DNA of 63,436 nt, filler included, from Basidiobolus ranarum (lineage: Eukaryota), in NCBI GenBank assembly GCA_040143965.1. It is 46 parts of 46 records of this genome, joined end to end, with 100 filler letters (N's around TTAATTAATTAA, not from the genome) between each part and the next. Parts side by side here need not be neighbours in the genome. Positions count along the whole stretch, not along the records: positions 1 to 1,287 come from JASJQH010012559.1; positions 1,388 to 2,674 come from JASJQH010012560.1; positions 2,775 to 4,060 come from JASJQH010012561.1; positions 4,161 to 5,446 come from JASJQH010012562.1; positions 5,547 to 6,831 come from JASJQH010012563.1; positions 6,932 to 8,216 come from JASJQH010012564.1; positions 8,317 to 9,601 come from JASJQH010012565.1; positions 9,702 to 10,986 come from JASJQH010012566.1; 38 more parts are not named here. One strand, written 5' to 3'. The notes under the pieces are model-generated. The model was given only the letters and a program-made list of their open reading frames with translations. It was not told where the DNA came from and searched no databases. Below, piece by piece: positions 1 through 11,086 of this stretch. The translations under genes were made by a program, and so were the position numbers. Every line of letters begins with the position of its first letter. The first letter of the stretch is position 1.

Positions 1-276
1 ATAGAAAACAATTTCAAAATTGGGATGAAGTATTATCCGCTCCCTTTTTGTGGAAATATGGTTTTTTTTAAGGCAACAATTGCAGAAGACGAAAGTCACA
101 TCCTCATTTCACCGGACACACTAAAACCTTATATTACTGGAACCATTGAGACTCACGAAATCCCCTGTAAGCACCTTGATATGCATAAGCCGACCCCTGT
201 TGCTGAAATTGGCCGTATTTTGGCCAGGAAATTGGAAGGTACAGCTTTGTCACAGTCAATAAGAGCGCGTCTTTAA
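1..276 (+). CDS. C-terminus of an NRPS thioesterase domain (5' partial), bacterial-like
   Basis: Frame is open from base 1 (IENNFKIGMKYY...). MVFFKAT...KPYITGTIETHEIPCKHLDMHKP...AEIGRILARKL matches the terminal catalytic-His region of type I NRPS TE domains. Confidence 0.75.
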   Translation: MENNFKIGMKYYPLPFCGNMVFFKATIAEDESHILISPDTLKPYITGTIETHEIPCKHLDMHKPTPVAEIGRILARKLEGTALSQSIRARL

Positions 277-1027
277 CTAGCTTCCAGATAATATAGAATC
301 ACATATACTCAATATATACTCGCATTTCTTAAAACTCTCACCAAATATCCGAGGATAGACTATTTCTGTGAGAAATGGAAATGAATTCTCTTGACTGTTA
401 TTAATCCATGAAACAAATAAATAAAGCTAATAGGACCTATAGTTTAATATGTAAGAATGAATACTGTCTTTCTGCAGCATCTCAAAAGTTTAATGATCTT
501 TTCTTAGGGTTTTCTATCATAAGTCTAGTATCTTTGTATCAACAGAACGCTAACAAACACTCTTTCTACCATAATATCAAATCAGCACTGTTCTCCAACC
601 ACATATCCGGATTTGCTCTCCAGGCATCTTCTCCTAAGCAGTTTTGAGACTCATTTGATTTTCTCTTTGGGGTAACCAAGTTCCAGACCCTATGGATTCT
701 AGTAGATGCTAACTATAGAATTGATAGCTAAGTGAGCCAGCTAAACAAAGAATAAGACTATGTCTACTAAAGTGTCCAACAAATTGGTTCCGGCGACTTG
801 GGTTGTTTGGGAGCCTGGATAGGACAAACAGCGAATAATGGAGGAACAATCTCTTCTATATATTGTAATGCAGTCTTGAGTTCATTGCTGTAGTAGCTTA
901 TACCACGAATAATAATACTATCTTTAGTTCATCCAACAACCTTCAGGGCCTCATTAGCCAGTTTGGTTGTATCCCCTGTATTGTGTTTTTGAGTTACCTA
1001 TAAAGCCAGAAGTGACATTTAACTTTT

Positions 1028-1169
1028 ACTTCATATCATATCGGCATATCCAATGCTGTCTTTGACTTCATATCATATCGGCATATCCAATGCTGTCTTT
1101 GACTTCATATCATATCGGCATATCCAATGCTGTCTTTGACTTCATATCATATCGGCATATCCAATGCTG
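1028..1169. repeat. Perfect tandem repeat, 37-bp unit x ~3.8
   Basis: ACTTCATATCATATCGGCATATCCAATGCTGTCTTTG starts at 1028, 1065, 1102 and (partial) 1139, with no spacers. Confidence 0.97.
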
Positions 1170-1287
1170 GCCTATCTCACAGTTACTCAGAATCCAATTG
1201 ATGAGGAGGAAACGTATATCACTATAGTAGAAATAACCCTAAGAAATACTAAGCAACATGATGAACTTTATTATGTTGAACACTACT

Positions 1288-1387
1288 NNNNNNNNNNNNN
1301 NNNNNNNNNNNNNNNNNNNNNNNNNNNNNNNTTAATTAATTAANNNNNNNNNNNNNNNNNNNNNNNNNNNNNNNNNNNNNNNNNNNN
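1288..1387. other. Artificial contig linker N44-TTAATTAATTAA-N44 (first of 45 identical copies, one every ~1.38 kb)
   Basis: The same 100-bp spacer, with stops in all six frames, lies between every contig. Contig lengths fall monotonically from 1287 to 1276 bp. Confidence 0.99.
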
Positions 1388-2674
1388 GTTCTGCTCAATC
1401 CAGCCTGGTAGTACACCATCTGGCGCAATCTGTCAAATACCATGGTTGGGTCCTATAACACTCAATTGGACACTATAAGGAACAATATGGCACTATCCCA
1501 CCACAATTGGATACAATGATTTGATTGGAGATATTGTGCCAGCCTGTACCAAGTTACCTGATTTAGTATTGCTGAATTATGATTTTGGGGAACTGACAAA
1601 GTAAGTTCATCCCCTAGTTTGTAACTTACAAATTACTGAATGTGTAACATTAAACAATTTGTACTGTAACTTACCCAATTGAATATATAACCAAGACATT
1701 CACATGTTTTTAGGCCAATCATTTGTCTCTCATTAACGCAGTATCCTGATTTTCAATTGGGCACAACAGCTCTGGCATTACAAAACACCAGTATTTTTGG
1801 CACACTGTGACAAATTACAGCACTCAATGATGCATTGATCTGCAGTATGATAGTAGTGATCAGCATTGCTTGATTCATCATTTTTAGATTAGCACATTAT
1901 TTATTCAATCTTGTAAGCTTCTAATTGGGTGAAAATGTGAACAGATTGAGCCATATCAAGCCAATATGGCTGCGCAAGCTTTTTATTGACAGACATTTTT
2001 CATTTGATTGTTGTGAAATTGCTTGTTTTAATAGGCTATCATTGATTTTTTGGATATATGATGATTTCATGCTATCAGTGTTTCATAAACACATAGGTGA
2101 TTGTGATCTAACTAAAGTGATTCATGCTATATTTAACTGTGATCCATATCAGTTTTGCATGATGTGCTAAACAGTAAAGATAGGATAATGTAAGTATTAA
2201 CAAGAGTATTCAGCAGTTGCCTAGGTTTGAAGCAGTACATGCTGATTTGCTTCTGTTACATTTGTTGTCTCCTTGATATCTGCATGGAAGGAACTTTGCT
2301 TGAATCTCTGCGCTGAGTTGGTTGGTTCAATCCTGCTGAAGTTCCTCTACCTCAGCCAGCATGAGTTGTGGCTTGAGGTTGATGTGCTGTGGTATGCATT
2401 GGCTCACCTGGTCTAGTTTGTGGGTTGTTTGTATCTACAGTCTCTTCTTCAGATATGGAGCCTTCACTCAATGGGTCAACCAGCCATTGCTGCTGGTGCA
2501 CAGCTCTATGCATCAGCCTGTAATGTCTCACTTGAGGTTTGTGCTTGAGAGTTATTGCTTCTTCAACCACAGTAAAAGCTTCATCTCTTCCAACTGGCCG
2601 CCATGACCTCTGTTGTATGGCGGAACATGTTGGAGTGAGTTGTCTACCTTGAGGTTTGTGCTTGACAGTTATTG
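1388..2674. mobile_element. Subterminal and probable internal part of the TAG-terminated TIR element
   Basis: 1388-~1573 is the reverse complement of 13856-~14040, which ends in the TIR. The rest is CpG-poor with a decayed minus-strand ORF. Confidence 0.6.
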
Positions 2675-2774
2675 NNNNNNNNNNNNNNNNNNNNNNNNNN
2701 NNNNNNNNNNNNNNNNNNTTAATTAATTAANNNNNNNNNNNNNNNNNNNNNNNNNNNNNNNNNNNNNNNNNNNN

Positions 2775-3734
2775 ATTTTGTTAATATATTTTTAATCAGA
2801 TTAGCATACAATAATACTGAGAATTTCATATAGAGCACCATTTCATCACAGGTGCACTCCATTGGGAACTCCCAAATGTATAGCAATGGCCTATATTCTC
2901 TGAGCATTGTGAAAGATGCAGCAGGGAATGTATTGAATACAGGCATAGATTTAGTCTATCTCCTTTATGTTGAAGTTTATTGTCTTTATCATATATGTTA
3001 TCCCTATCCTTATACACCTAACTATTTCATATATCACATATTAATTAGTCAACATTATTTAGTCAAATCTCACAAAGCTATTCACAACTCCACTTTTCTA
3101 AAGTTCCTCCATACAGCCCATATTTTCCCAATACTTTAAACCTTTAATAAAGTTTTTCATATCCAATTACAAAATCTTTGCATAGTTGCAGTACCTGCCT
3201 GAGATCTGCCAATGTGAGTTGATGATCAATATGCTTTACCAGCAACCTTACAGTGGAAAAATTGAGAGATATCTGAAATTTTGAATAGCACTGACACTTT
3301 GCATATAGCTGACTCTTGTTACCATTCACAATGAGAATAAGCTCTTGGATTTTGGCAAATTTCCATCAAGAATTCAGCCAATATATCCCAACTTACAGTC
3401 AACAAATGTCCTACCACAAGTAGAGGTGCAATTGCTTGAATTGAATACCCCATGGCTAAAACAATAATACAGTGTATCTCCATCTATCTCACCAAGAAGT
3501 CTGTCTTGCAGCTTTCCTAGAAATACATCAGATTATTACAGAAACAAATTAGTCCAGATTATAGAGGTACTTACTCTGTGTCCATGGATTGAGCTTTGTT
3601 GCTATTATTGTGCTCAAACAATGTGAAAACTCATGAGCACATTGAACAGAGCCCTTTGTTGGAAGGTTAATATACTCTGGAGTCTCCTTAACCCATTGCA
3701 TTACATCCATTGCTGATTTTGCTGATACATTATT
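2775..3734 (-). mobile_element. CACTA/En-Spm-like transposase, decayed C-terminal half
   Basis: Homologous to the transposase copies in other contigs (GNKSQLFAKCQCYSKFQ; VKETPEYINLPTKGS), with stops and deletions. Confidence 0.85.
2968..3133 (+). repeat. Internally deleted solo LTR of copia family 1 with 5-bp target-site duplication CTTTA
   Basis: TGTTGAAGTTTATTG...CCCAATA matches both ends of the 378-bp LTR. CTTTA flanks it at 2963-2967 and 3134-3138. Confidence 0.9.
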
Positions 3735-4060
3735 CCCTAACAAAAATAAAATCAATTTGATCCGGATTGGATCCACCCTTGAAATAGCAAAACCATCAGA
3801 CAACTGTCACAATATTGTTGGCTTGCATTCTGCCAGGTATTTTGATGGTGTGATGGTGGTTTCTTGATGGTATCTTAACAGTATTCATACACATTAAAAT
3901 ATTGATCCTCAAATTTGGCATGCGTTATTCAATATCCAAGAATTTTTGCAAAAATATAATTTTCAAATGGCAAATTACTGGGTTTACTGCTGTAGGAATT
4001 CAAATTAATATGCATGCCTTTATTAAGATATTTTAGGCTTTGTATTCCAGCCATAATGAG
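3735..4060. mobile_element. CACTA-like element terminus A inserted into another copy's transposase
   Basis: Starts CCCTAACAAAAATAAAATC; the same terminus is seen at 7220, 13601, 19895, 25654, 26788, 33812 and 35086. Confidence 0.85.
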
Positions 4061-4160
4061 NNNNNNNNNNNNNNNNNNNNNNNNNNNNNNNNNNNNNNNN
4101 NNNNTTAATTAATTAANNNNNNNNNNNNNNNNNNNNNNNNNNNNNNNNNNNNNNNNNNNN

Positions 4161-5446
4161 CACCACAAAGGTTGCAATGGTCTAGCTCCAATACCACGGT
4201 CGACTAAACGGGCTCTTTGTTCGTGAATACGGGGGAAAACATCACCAGTCTTGCGGTAAGTGCCATCCTCAAGCTTGATGTCGGACCACAAAACTTCAGC
4301 AACAGCGGCACCACGAGGCCACAAGGTACGATCAATGTTGACTTTATCAATTTGTTCGGCCCAAGCTGGAGCCTCACCACCAATGACAAGCTTGGCTTCT
4401 TCAGCTGTCATGTTGGCTGTGATGTCGTAGTTGTAGGCCTTTTGCCAGCTCTTGGTTGGATCGCACCATGATTCGCCTTCGTTGTCACTAATCCATCCAC
4501 CATGACCGCAATCGAGATACCATCTTTCGTAGCTGGAAGAAATCACACGATGGCCAGCACGAGCAACCTTCACGGCATCCTCAGCACCGAGCCAGACTTG
4601 GACGGCAACATCCTTCTTCATGGTGATGTTATGGCTGGTAAGGGCCTCTTGCCATGTGATTGGAGTCTTGTTGTTGTCACGTACCCAGTCGTGGGACTTG
4701 ATGACGAACTCAGAGAAGATGTCTTCCATGGTCTTGTTGTGCTTCTCAAGGTACTCGGGGTAGCCAGGGGTGACTTCCCAACACTTGAAGTTGACTTCAT
4801 CACCACCAATGTGGACAAAGTCATCATCAAACCATTGAGTAACCTCCTTAAGGAAGTTCTGGATAACCTCATCAGTCTTGGGGTTGATGATGTCCAATTG
4901 ACCACTGGTAGGTTCAGCAGCATATACATCCCAATCAGGTTGCATGTTCATGCAAGTAACGATATCGGGCATAGCCAAACCCCAGGTGTAAGCATGTCCT
5001 GGAATATCGAATTCAGGAATAACACGGATACCACGATCTTTAGCATAGCGAACGACTTCACGAACGTCATCCTCTTCATAGATCCACTTCTGGGTGTAGG
5101 CTCCCTTGATGGCGAGTTCAGGGTAGGTCTTGGTCATCAAAGGGAAACTGTGTTGATCAATGATGTGCCAGTGGAGTACGTTCAACTTGTTGTAGGACAT
5201 ACCGTCTAAGGTACGCTTGATATCCTTAATGGAGAGGAAGTTACGAGAGGTATCAATCATGAGACCACGATGAGGGAAGGCAGGCTTGTCAGCGATCTTG
5301 ACAGGAGCCATTGGGATGCGGTGTTCATTGACATCACTGCTCCAGTGGATGAGCTGAGAGAATGACTCGAGACCACGAAGAGCACCATAGACAGTTTCGG
5401 CATTGATTACAGCCTCAGAACCATCAGCGGGTACGTCAAGGGTGTA
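4161..5446 (-). CDS. GH20 beta-N-acetylhexosaminidase (both ends partial, no intron in this part)
   Basis: Frame is open across the whole contig (YTLDVP...TVYGALRGLESFSQL...). Motifs HRGLMIDTSRNF, LHWHI.DQHSFP, PEFDIPGH, catalytic HIGGDE, GGEAPAWAE, WPRGAAVAEVLWS. Confidence 0.97.
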
Positions 5447-5546
5447 NNNNNNNNNNNNNNNNNNNNNNNNNNNNNNNNNNNNNNNNNNNNTTAATTAATT
5501 AANNNNNNNNNNNNNNNNNNNNNNNNNNNNNNNNNNNNNNNNNNNN

Positions 5547-5985
5547 AAGAGGCTAGAAGGCAGGAGAGTACTTGGGTGTAGACTACAAGACAAGACAAGA
5601 CAGGACAGGGAAGATACTTTGGCAAGAATCTTTATTGATAACTGGCATTGATCAGACCGAGGTCTGAGCAAGGAATACATGGGGCTTATATAGATATTGC
5701 AAGGTGAAACATAATATACTGAATAGGGAATATACTGTGCCAAGTTCAAGAGTTGGGGTGTTGGGGACTACAAGGACCAATATAAAGAGGGATGATGTAA
5801 GAATGATGTAAGGATGATCAGGTGACCTTCCATGGAAGGTCTTGTTGGAAATACCCTATATGTAGGATGACATGATTGGTTAGGTTTCATGGAATGTTCC
5901 AAAGAACATGATTTACATATAAGGTAATCTGGATGAACTGATACCAGATTGCCAAGAAGGGATGGCGTAGCAGATATGATGTCTT
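5547..5985 (-). repeat. Partial LTR of family B (full copy at 50112-50644)
   Basis: Collinear with ~50152-50580. The minus strand has TATATAAG followed by AATAAA. Confidence 0.85.
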
Positions 5986-5989
5986 AAAC

Positions 5990-6831
5990 TAATCTTATTG
6001 GAGCTGGAAAACATAGCTTTGGCAAGTACAAAGGTTATAGAAGAAGGAAACCAGATTTATGCTATGTTTATAACAAACCTAGACACCAGATAAAAGATTA
6101 CAAATAAAGAAATTATAACAAAAGTGTGAAGTCAGAACAAGCAAATCAGGTTTCAACCCATGAGGAAGTTTTATTTATTTCTACTCTATCAGTGAACTCT
6201 GAAGAAGACTGTAGGTTGTGGTATATTGATTCTGGGGCCTCTCAATATTTTTCTAATCAAAAAAACTAGTTTAAGACACTCAAAACTGACATAAACAAGA
6301 AGGCTTATATGGGTGATCACCAGCCACTAGAAGCTCTGAGTGTGGGAGAATTTGAAGTGGATCTTGGGGACATCTCTGGCAACATGTGTTTGACACTGAA
6401 AATGTGCTATATGTGCCTGGGATAGCAAAAAATTTGTTATCAGTGAGCAAAGCTACATCTGAGGGATATAGCTTTAATTTTGATCAATATGGCTGTACAA
6501 TCAGGGATCAAAAAGAGAGTTATGTAGCTTCTGAAGCTAAGCAAAGTAACTTGTATAAACTTCATTATATTCGGCCAATATATGAACAAGTTAATACTGC
6601 CACAGCTGAAGAGATAGACTGCAAAATCTGGTGTAGGAGATTGGGTCATCTAGGAGCTGAAAATATGAGAAATTTAATCAAAAACAAGATGGTTTTGGGA
6701 CTAAATTTCGTAATTCCACTGGATCTGGAGCTATGTGAAGGTTGCCTATATGGTAGGCAACACAGACAGCCATTTGTGGGCTCTGGAATGAGCAAAATTG
6801 ATCAAAAATTGGGCCTGATACACTCAGATCT
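5990..6831 (+). mobile_element. Ty1/copia gag-pol remnant (zinc knuckle, protease, GAG-pre-integrase)
   Basis: WYIDSGASQ protease motif; NVLYVPGIAKNLLSVS; W.RRLGHLG...CEGCLYGRQHR...LIHSD. Contains stops and a frameshift. Confidence 0.93.
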
Positions 6832-6931
6832 NNNNNNNNNNNNNNNNNNNNNNNNNNNNNNNNNNNNNNNNNNNNTTAATTAATTAANNNNNNNNNNNNN
6901 NNNNNNNNNNNNNNNNNNNNNNNNNNNNNNN

Positions 6932-7066
6932 TATTCTACATGTTAGTTTGTTTACATCTTGACAAAACTATAAATGTCAACTTTCTACTCAATAAATCAA
7001 TAAGTGAAAACCACCAATTCCTCTAATTCTCCAAACCACTTCAACAGGCTCCCAAATACTTTAACA
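6932..7066 (+). repeat. 3' part of copia family 2 LTR
   Basis: Near-identical to 18121-18256, ending ...CCCAAATACTTTAACA. Confidence 0.8.
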
Positions 7067-7680
7067 TGAATACTGCTAAGATACCATCAAGAAACCACCA
7101 TCACATCATCAAAATTCCTGGCAGAATGCAAGCCAACAATATTGTGACGGTTCTCTGATGGTTTTGCTATTTTGGAGGGTGGATCCAATCTGGATCAAAT
7201 CAATTTTATTTTTGTTAGGGTTAATACAGAGTGGCACAATATTGCAGGGTATCCACCAGATAGCTGGAAGAATGTTGATTCAGTATTGTTAATACAATGG
7301 TGGGCTTTGATGGATATATTGATACAAGCTTGTGTTGGGTATGAGCTAAACTTGGGTATGAAGAACTCTATCAAAATATTCAGGAGAATATATCAAAGAG
7401 ACTAGGGATTTCAAAGGTAACAAATTAGCATTCAAGTGGTAATTGTGTAAGATTTGCTTTATGTTTTTTGCACATGTGTTGATCCATAGTTCTCAGAGAT
7501 TGTAGCCAATCATGTGCAACTATTTTGCAAGATCTTGAAATTTCACTCCTGAAACTGAAAAAAGTGATTAAAATTAAATCTAACTTGATGATTTTACAAT
7601 GGTAAATAAACCATCAATTCCAAATGGGTTAAATTTGTGATGGTTTTCCTCCAATAACAATCCTCAAATTTCTATTAGGG
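7067..7680. mobile_element. CACTA-like terminus A (ends 7220) inserted into the ORF2 3' end and terminus B (ends 7680) of another copy
   Basis: ...ATTTTTGTTAGGG at 7220; then NTEWHNIAGYPPDSWKNVDS; then ...AAATTTCTATTAGGG at 7680. Confidence 0.85.
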
Positions 7681-8133
7681 CACATTTTATCATGGATGCC
7701 AAAGACTTCTCAAGCATTCTGTGATACTAGTTCTAGAGTATGGAGTACATCTGCTCCCACTCAACCAGAGAACTATTCCAAACTTGGTAGATTCATCAGC
7801 TACTGCCTCAGGCTATTGATGCCTGACTTGCCTGAGACTCCCTATGATCATGCTCAAAATGGAACATTTGGATTCTTCCCACATCATATCAGAGTAGTGC
7901 TACTGAGGGCTGGATTTTGACTCCAACCAAATGACTGCAGAAATCCATTGGTCAAGAAGTGGCTAGCCACACCATCTTCAATTTCACTATGCTGCTGGAA
8001 GCTGATACAAGATGACCCTCCTGTTCCTGAACTAGCTTTACAACTGCATCAAACAAAACAGCCCAAAGTTGTTGCTATAGACTTCCAGTTGGATCTTTGG
8101 AAGTATTATCTTTCCTCCAAGACTCCTTTTTGA
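7681..8133 (+). pseudogene. Decayed ORF of unknown family (~150 aa, one internal TGA)
   Basis: ORF-track pieces 7696-7920 and 7948-8133 are in the same frame, split by one TGA. The region is CpG-depleted like the TEs. Confidence 0.35.
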
Positions 8134-8316
8134 TCCCCATTATTCCAGGTTTTTGTCCTATTGTCCATTTGATTTGTACTGAATATCTTCCTTTCTGTTT
8201 ACCACCTTTACCCCTTNNNNNNNNNNNNNNNNNNNNNNNNNNNNNNNNNNNNNNNNNNNNTTAATTAATTAANNNNNNNNNNNNNNNNNNNNNNNNNNNN
8301 NNNNNNNNNNNNNNNN

Positions 8317-9105
8317 TTTGGAAGTTTATCCAACACCTGGCACCTCTCAACAAGCCAAAACACTAGCAAATAAAACTCATGGCTCTGCACCCTCAACTGG
8401 TACTTTTCAAAGTGTTAAAACTAGCCCCAAAGTCAAACGCAAGTAAAAAGCCACACAAACACCACAAAGCACCCTCAGTGGTGTCACACTACAAGGATGT
8501 ACAAAAATAGTCAAAGTGTTTGAGGAGTATTTTCAAAAGTACAAAGGGAAAAATGCGGTGCAAACATCCAGAAAGTGGCTTCAGCAGAAGAACATTCAAC
8601 TTGACATACAGTCTGGTGTTGATCATGCAGATATCTGGGAAGAACTTAATACAGAGTGGCAAAATATTGCAGGGTATCCACCAGATAGCTGGAAGAATGT
8701 TGATTCAGCAACGTTAATACAATGGTGGGCTTTGATGGAGATATTAATACAAACTTGTGTTGGGTATGAGCAAAAACGTGGGTAAGAAGATCTCTATAAA
8801 AATATCCAGGAGAATATATCAAAGAGACTAGGGATTTTAAAGGTGACAAATTAGCATTCAAGTAGTAATTGTGTAAAATTTGAGTTACATTTTTGGCACA
8901 TGTGTTGATCCGTAGTTCTCTGAGATTGTAGCCAATCATGTGCAACTATTTTGCAAGATCTTGAAAATTCACTCCTGAAACTGAAAAATTTATCAAAATC
9001 AAATCTAACTTGATGATTTTATGATGGTAAGTAAACAGTTAATCCCAAATGGATTAAAATTGTGATGGTTTTCCTACAATAACAATTCTTAAATTTCTGT
9101 CAGGG
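8317..9105 (+). mobile_element. CACTA-like element ORF2 3' part running into terminus B
   Basis: ...FEEYFQKYKGKNAVQTSRKWL...IAGYPPDSWKNVDSATLIQWWAL..., then AAATTTCTGTCAGGG ending at 9105. Confidence 0.85.
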
Positions 9106-9601
9106 CTTTGTACTTGCCACTGCTATGTTTTCTAGCTCCAAAAAGAGCCACTTCCCCAGATTCTTTCTCCAAGTTCTTACTTCCAAGGTGTTGATCAATG
9201 AGCCTAGCTGCCACAAACTCCAAAGACAACTTGTCAGAAATTGCTTCCAAAGCTGTGACCAAGTTTGAATACTGCTCTGGTAGACTACATAGGAGAGTCA
9301 TAATGACATCTTCTTCCTGTAAAGTTACACCAATATTTTCCAGTTTTTTTGCCAAAGATCTCACATTTGAAATATAATTAACCATGCTTTCAGACTTTTT
9401 CATCTGTATAGTGAAGGACTTTTGTCTGAGAAAGAGTCTATTAGCAAGACTCTTTGCTTCATAGCACTCTTCCAATATAGTCCAAGCTTGATGGGAAGTC
9501 TTTGCATATTGAATATTTACAAGTTGTGAATCCTTCAAACTTAGACAAAAGACTGTAAAGGCCTTCTTGTCTCTTTTCTTGTAAACTTCCAATAAAGAAG
9601 G
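9106..9601 (-). mobile_element. Ty1/copia gag (UBN2-type) fragment
   Basis: RDKKA...SQLVNIQYAKTSHQAWTILEECYE...LLCSLPEQYSNLVTALE; interrupted by the CACTA end. Confidence 0.9.
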
Positions 9602-9701
9602 NNNNNNNNNNNNNNNNNNNNNNNNNNNNNNNNNNNNNNNNNNNNTTAATTAATTAANNNNNNNNNNNNNNNNNNNNNNNNNNNNNNNNNNNNNNNNNNN
9701 N

Positions 9702-9824
9702 ATCAAATGCCTCGGTGGACCAGACTACCAAATCTGTGGTAATGGTGGAGCCCCAGCCTTCCGTATGAAATGCTCACCAGGTACTAACTGTCATATAGTT
9801 GATGGTCAAGCCGGATGCTTCTAA
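9702..9824 (+). CDS. C-terminal Cys-rich chitin-binding-like module of a paralog of the neighbouring LPMO-like gene (5' partial)
   Basis: Translates as IKCLGGPDYQICGNGGAPAFRMKCSPGTNCHIVDGQAGCF*, collinear with IQCIDGPIYQVCGHGGMTPFRMSCAAGTTCHIKSGQVFCL*. Absent from the ORF track. Confidence 0.85.
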   Translation: MKCLGGPDYQICGNGGAPAFRMKCSPGTNCHIVDGQAGCF

Positions 9825-10335
9825 AATATCTAGGAGTAATATGTCCAATATTTGTACTGCTGATGGGCTGATTTATGTAGATTGCATGTCTCGTCTTTTT
9901 TTTGAGACTCTCTTGCTCAACTTTCATTTTGCCAATAGATTTATCGTGCAGTTAGAAGTAAATATTATCATTGTAACAGATTGATGATTTACTAGAAGAT
10001 ATTTTTTATTTTTTTGTGCTCTTGTCATACTGAAAAGCATCAGTAGCTTCTATAATAAAGTGTTCAATACGAGTGTTTCGCTCAGAACTGAAGCATGCAA
10101 TATATTTTAAGTAGATTGAATTCAAACCTCTCTAATTTGCTGGTAGAAAAGAGAAAGAAAGGTTAAATCTTTGATGAGAGTTAGGCAGATGAGCCAAATT
10201 CGATGATATTAACTTGAACAATCAAAAAATTAATGCTATGTTTAGTATTCTTGTTATATGCCATGCGATGAAATAAATGAGATGAATAAGCGACTTTGAG
10301 CATTCTGTTATCAAGATAGATCAAACCATGCCCGT

Positions 10336-10986
10336 CTACAAGCAGAAAACTTGGCCACTTTTTATATGACATGTTGTCCCTGCTGCACATGACATACGAA
10401 ACGGTGTCATCCCACCATGTCCACATACTTGATAAATAGGGCCATCAATGCATTGTATCTTACACTCAGAAGCTGGATTGCCCTCTATTTGTTTAGAAGT
10501 ATCTTCTTGCTTGTCAGCTTCGGAGTTATCCACAGTATCATAATCCGTTTCGTTAGTATTTGTTGATTTGTCTTCGATAGGATCGGTGTGATCAGGCTCA
10601 CTTTGTGGTAAATTGGTATCCTCACTAGCGGCACAAGAGGTAATATACGGCCTCTTTTGAAAATAATCGTCGTAGCTATCTTCACTACTAGTAAACTCAG
10701 GGATAGTCGGAAATCCAGGAAGGTTAGCTACGAAATTCTTTGGCCCACTAATACAATGTCCAGTGCCACCTTCAATGGTAATGTCTGCACAATTCATGTA
10801 ATACTCGCGGTTACCAGTTTTGTTGATCCAAGTCCAACCTAAAATAGCTTTGCCATTGGGGACAGTATTAGGAACAGGTACATCGTATTCAAGACTGCTG
10901 GTCATACAATCCACTCTCACTGTTTTCATTACGACAAATGTTTTTCGTCGATCAATAGAGAGTGAGAATTGAAAGTGGCCAGCGTT
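10336..10986 (-). CDS. AA11-like lytic polysaccharide monooxygenase with acidic linker and 4-Cys C-terminal module (5' partial)
   Basis: Frame is open to the contig end (NAGHFQFSLSIDRRKTFVVMKT...). Motif GKAILGWTWINKTGNREYYMNCADI, then ANLPGFP. Confidence 0.8.
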   Translation of the reverse strand, partial: NAGHFQFSLSIDRRKTFVVMKTVRVDCMTSSLEYDVPVPNTVPNGKAILGWTWINKTGNREYYMNCADITIEGGTGHCISGPKNFVANLPGFPTIPEFTSSEDSYDDYFQKRPYITSCAASEDTNLPQSEPDHTDPIEDKSTNTNETDYDTVDNSEADKQEDTSKQIEGNPASECKIQCIDGPIYQVCGHGGMTPFRMSCAAGTTCHIKSGQVFCL

Positions 10987-11086
10987 NNNNNNNNNNNNNN
11001 NNNNNNNNNNNNNNNNNNNNNNNNNNNNNNTTAATTAATTAANNNNNNNNNNNNNNNNNNNNNNNNNNNNNNNNNNNNNNNNNNNN

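Noticed and set aside
1028-1169. 37-bp repeats as a CRISPR array
   Set aside because: The units are contiguous with no spacers, there are no cas genes, and the context is eukaryotic.
4502-5209. 235-aa plus-strand ORF and similar antisense ORFs (39703, 53155, 31917)
   Set aside because: These are shadow frames opposite real genes or ORF2, with no motifs of their own.
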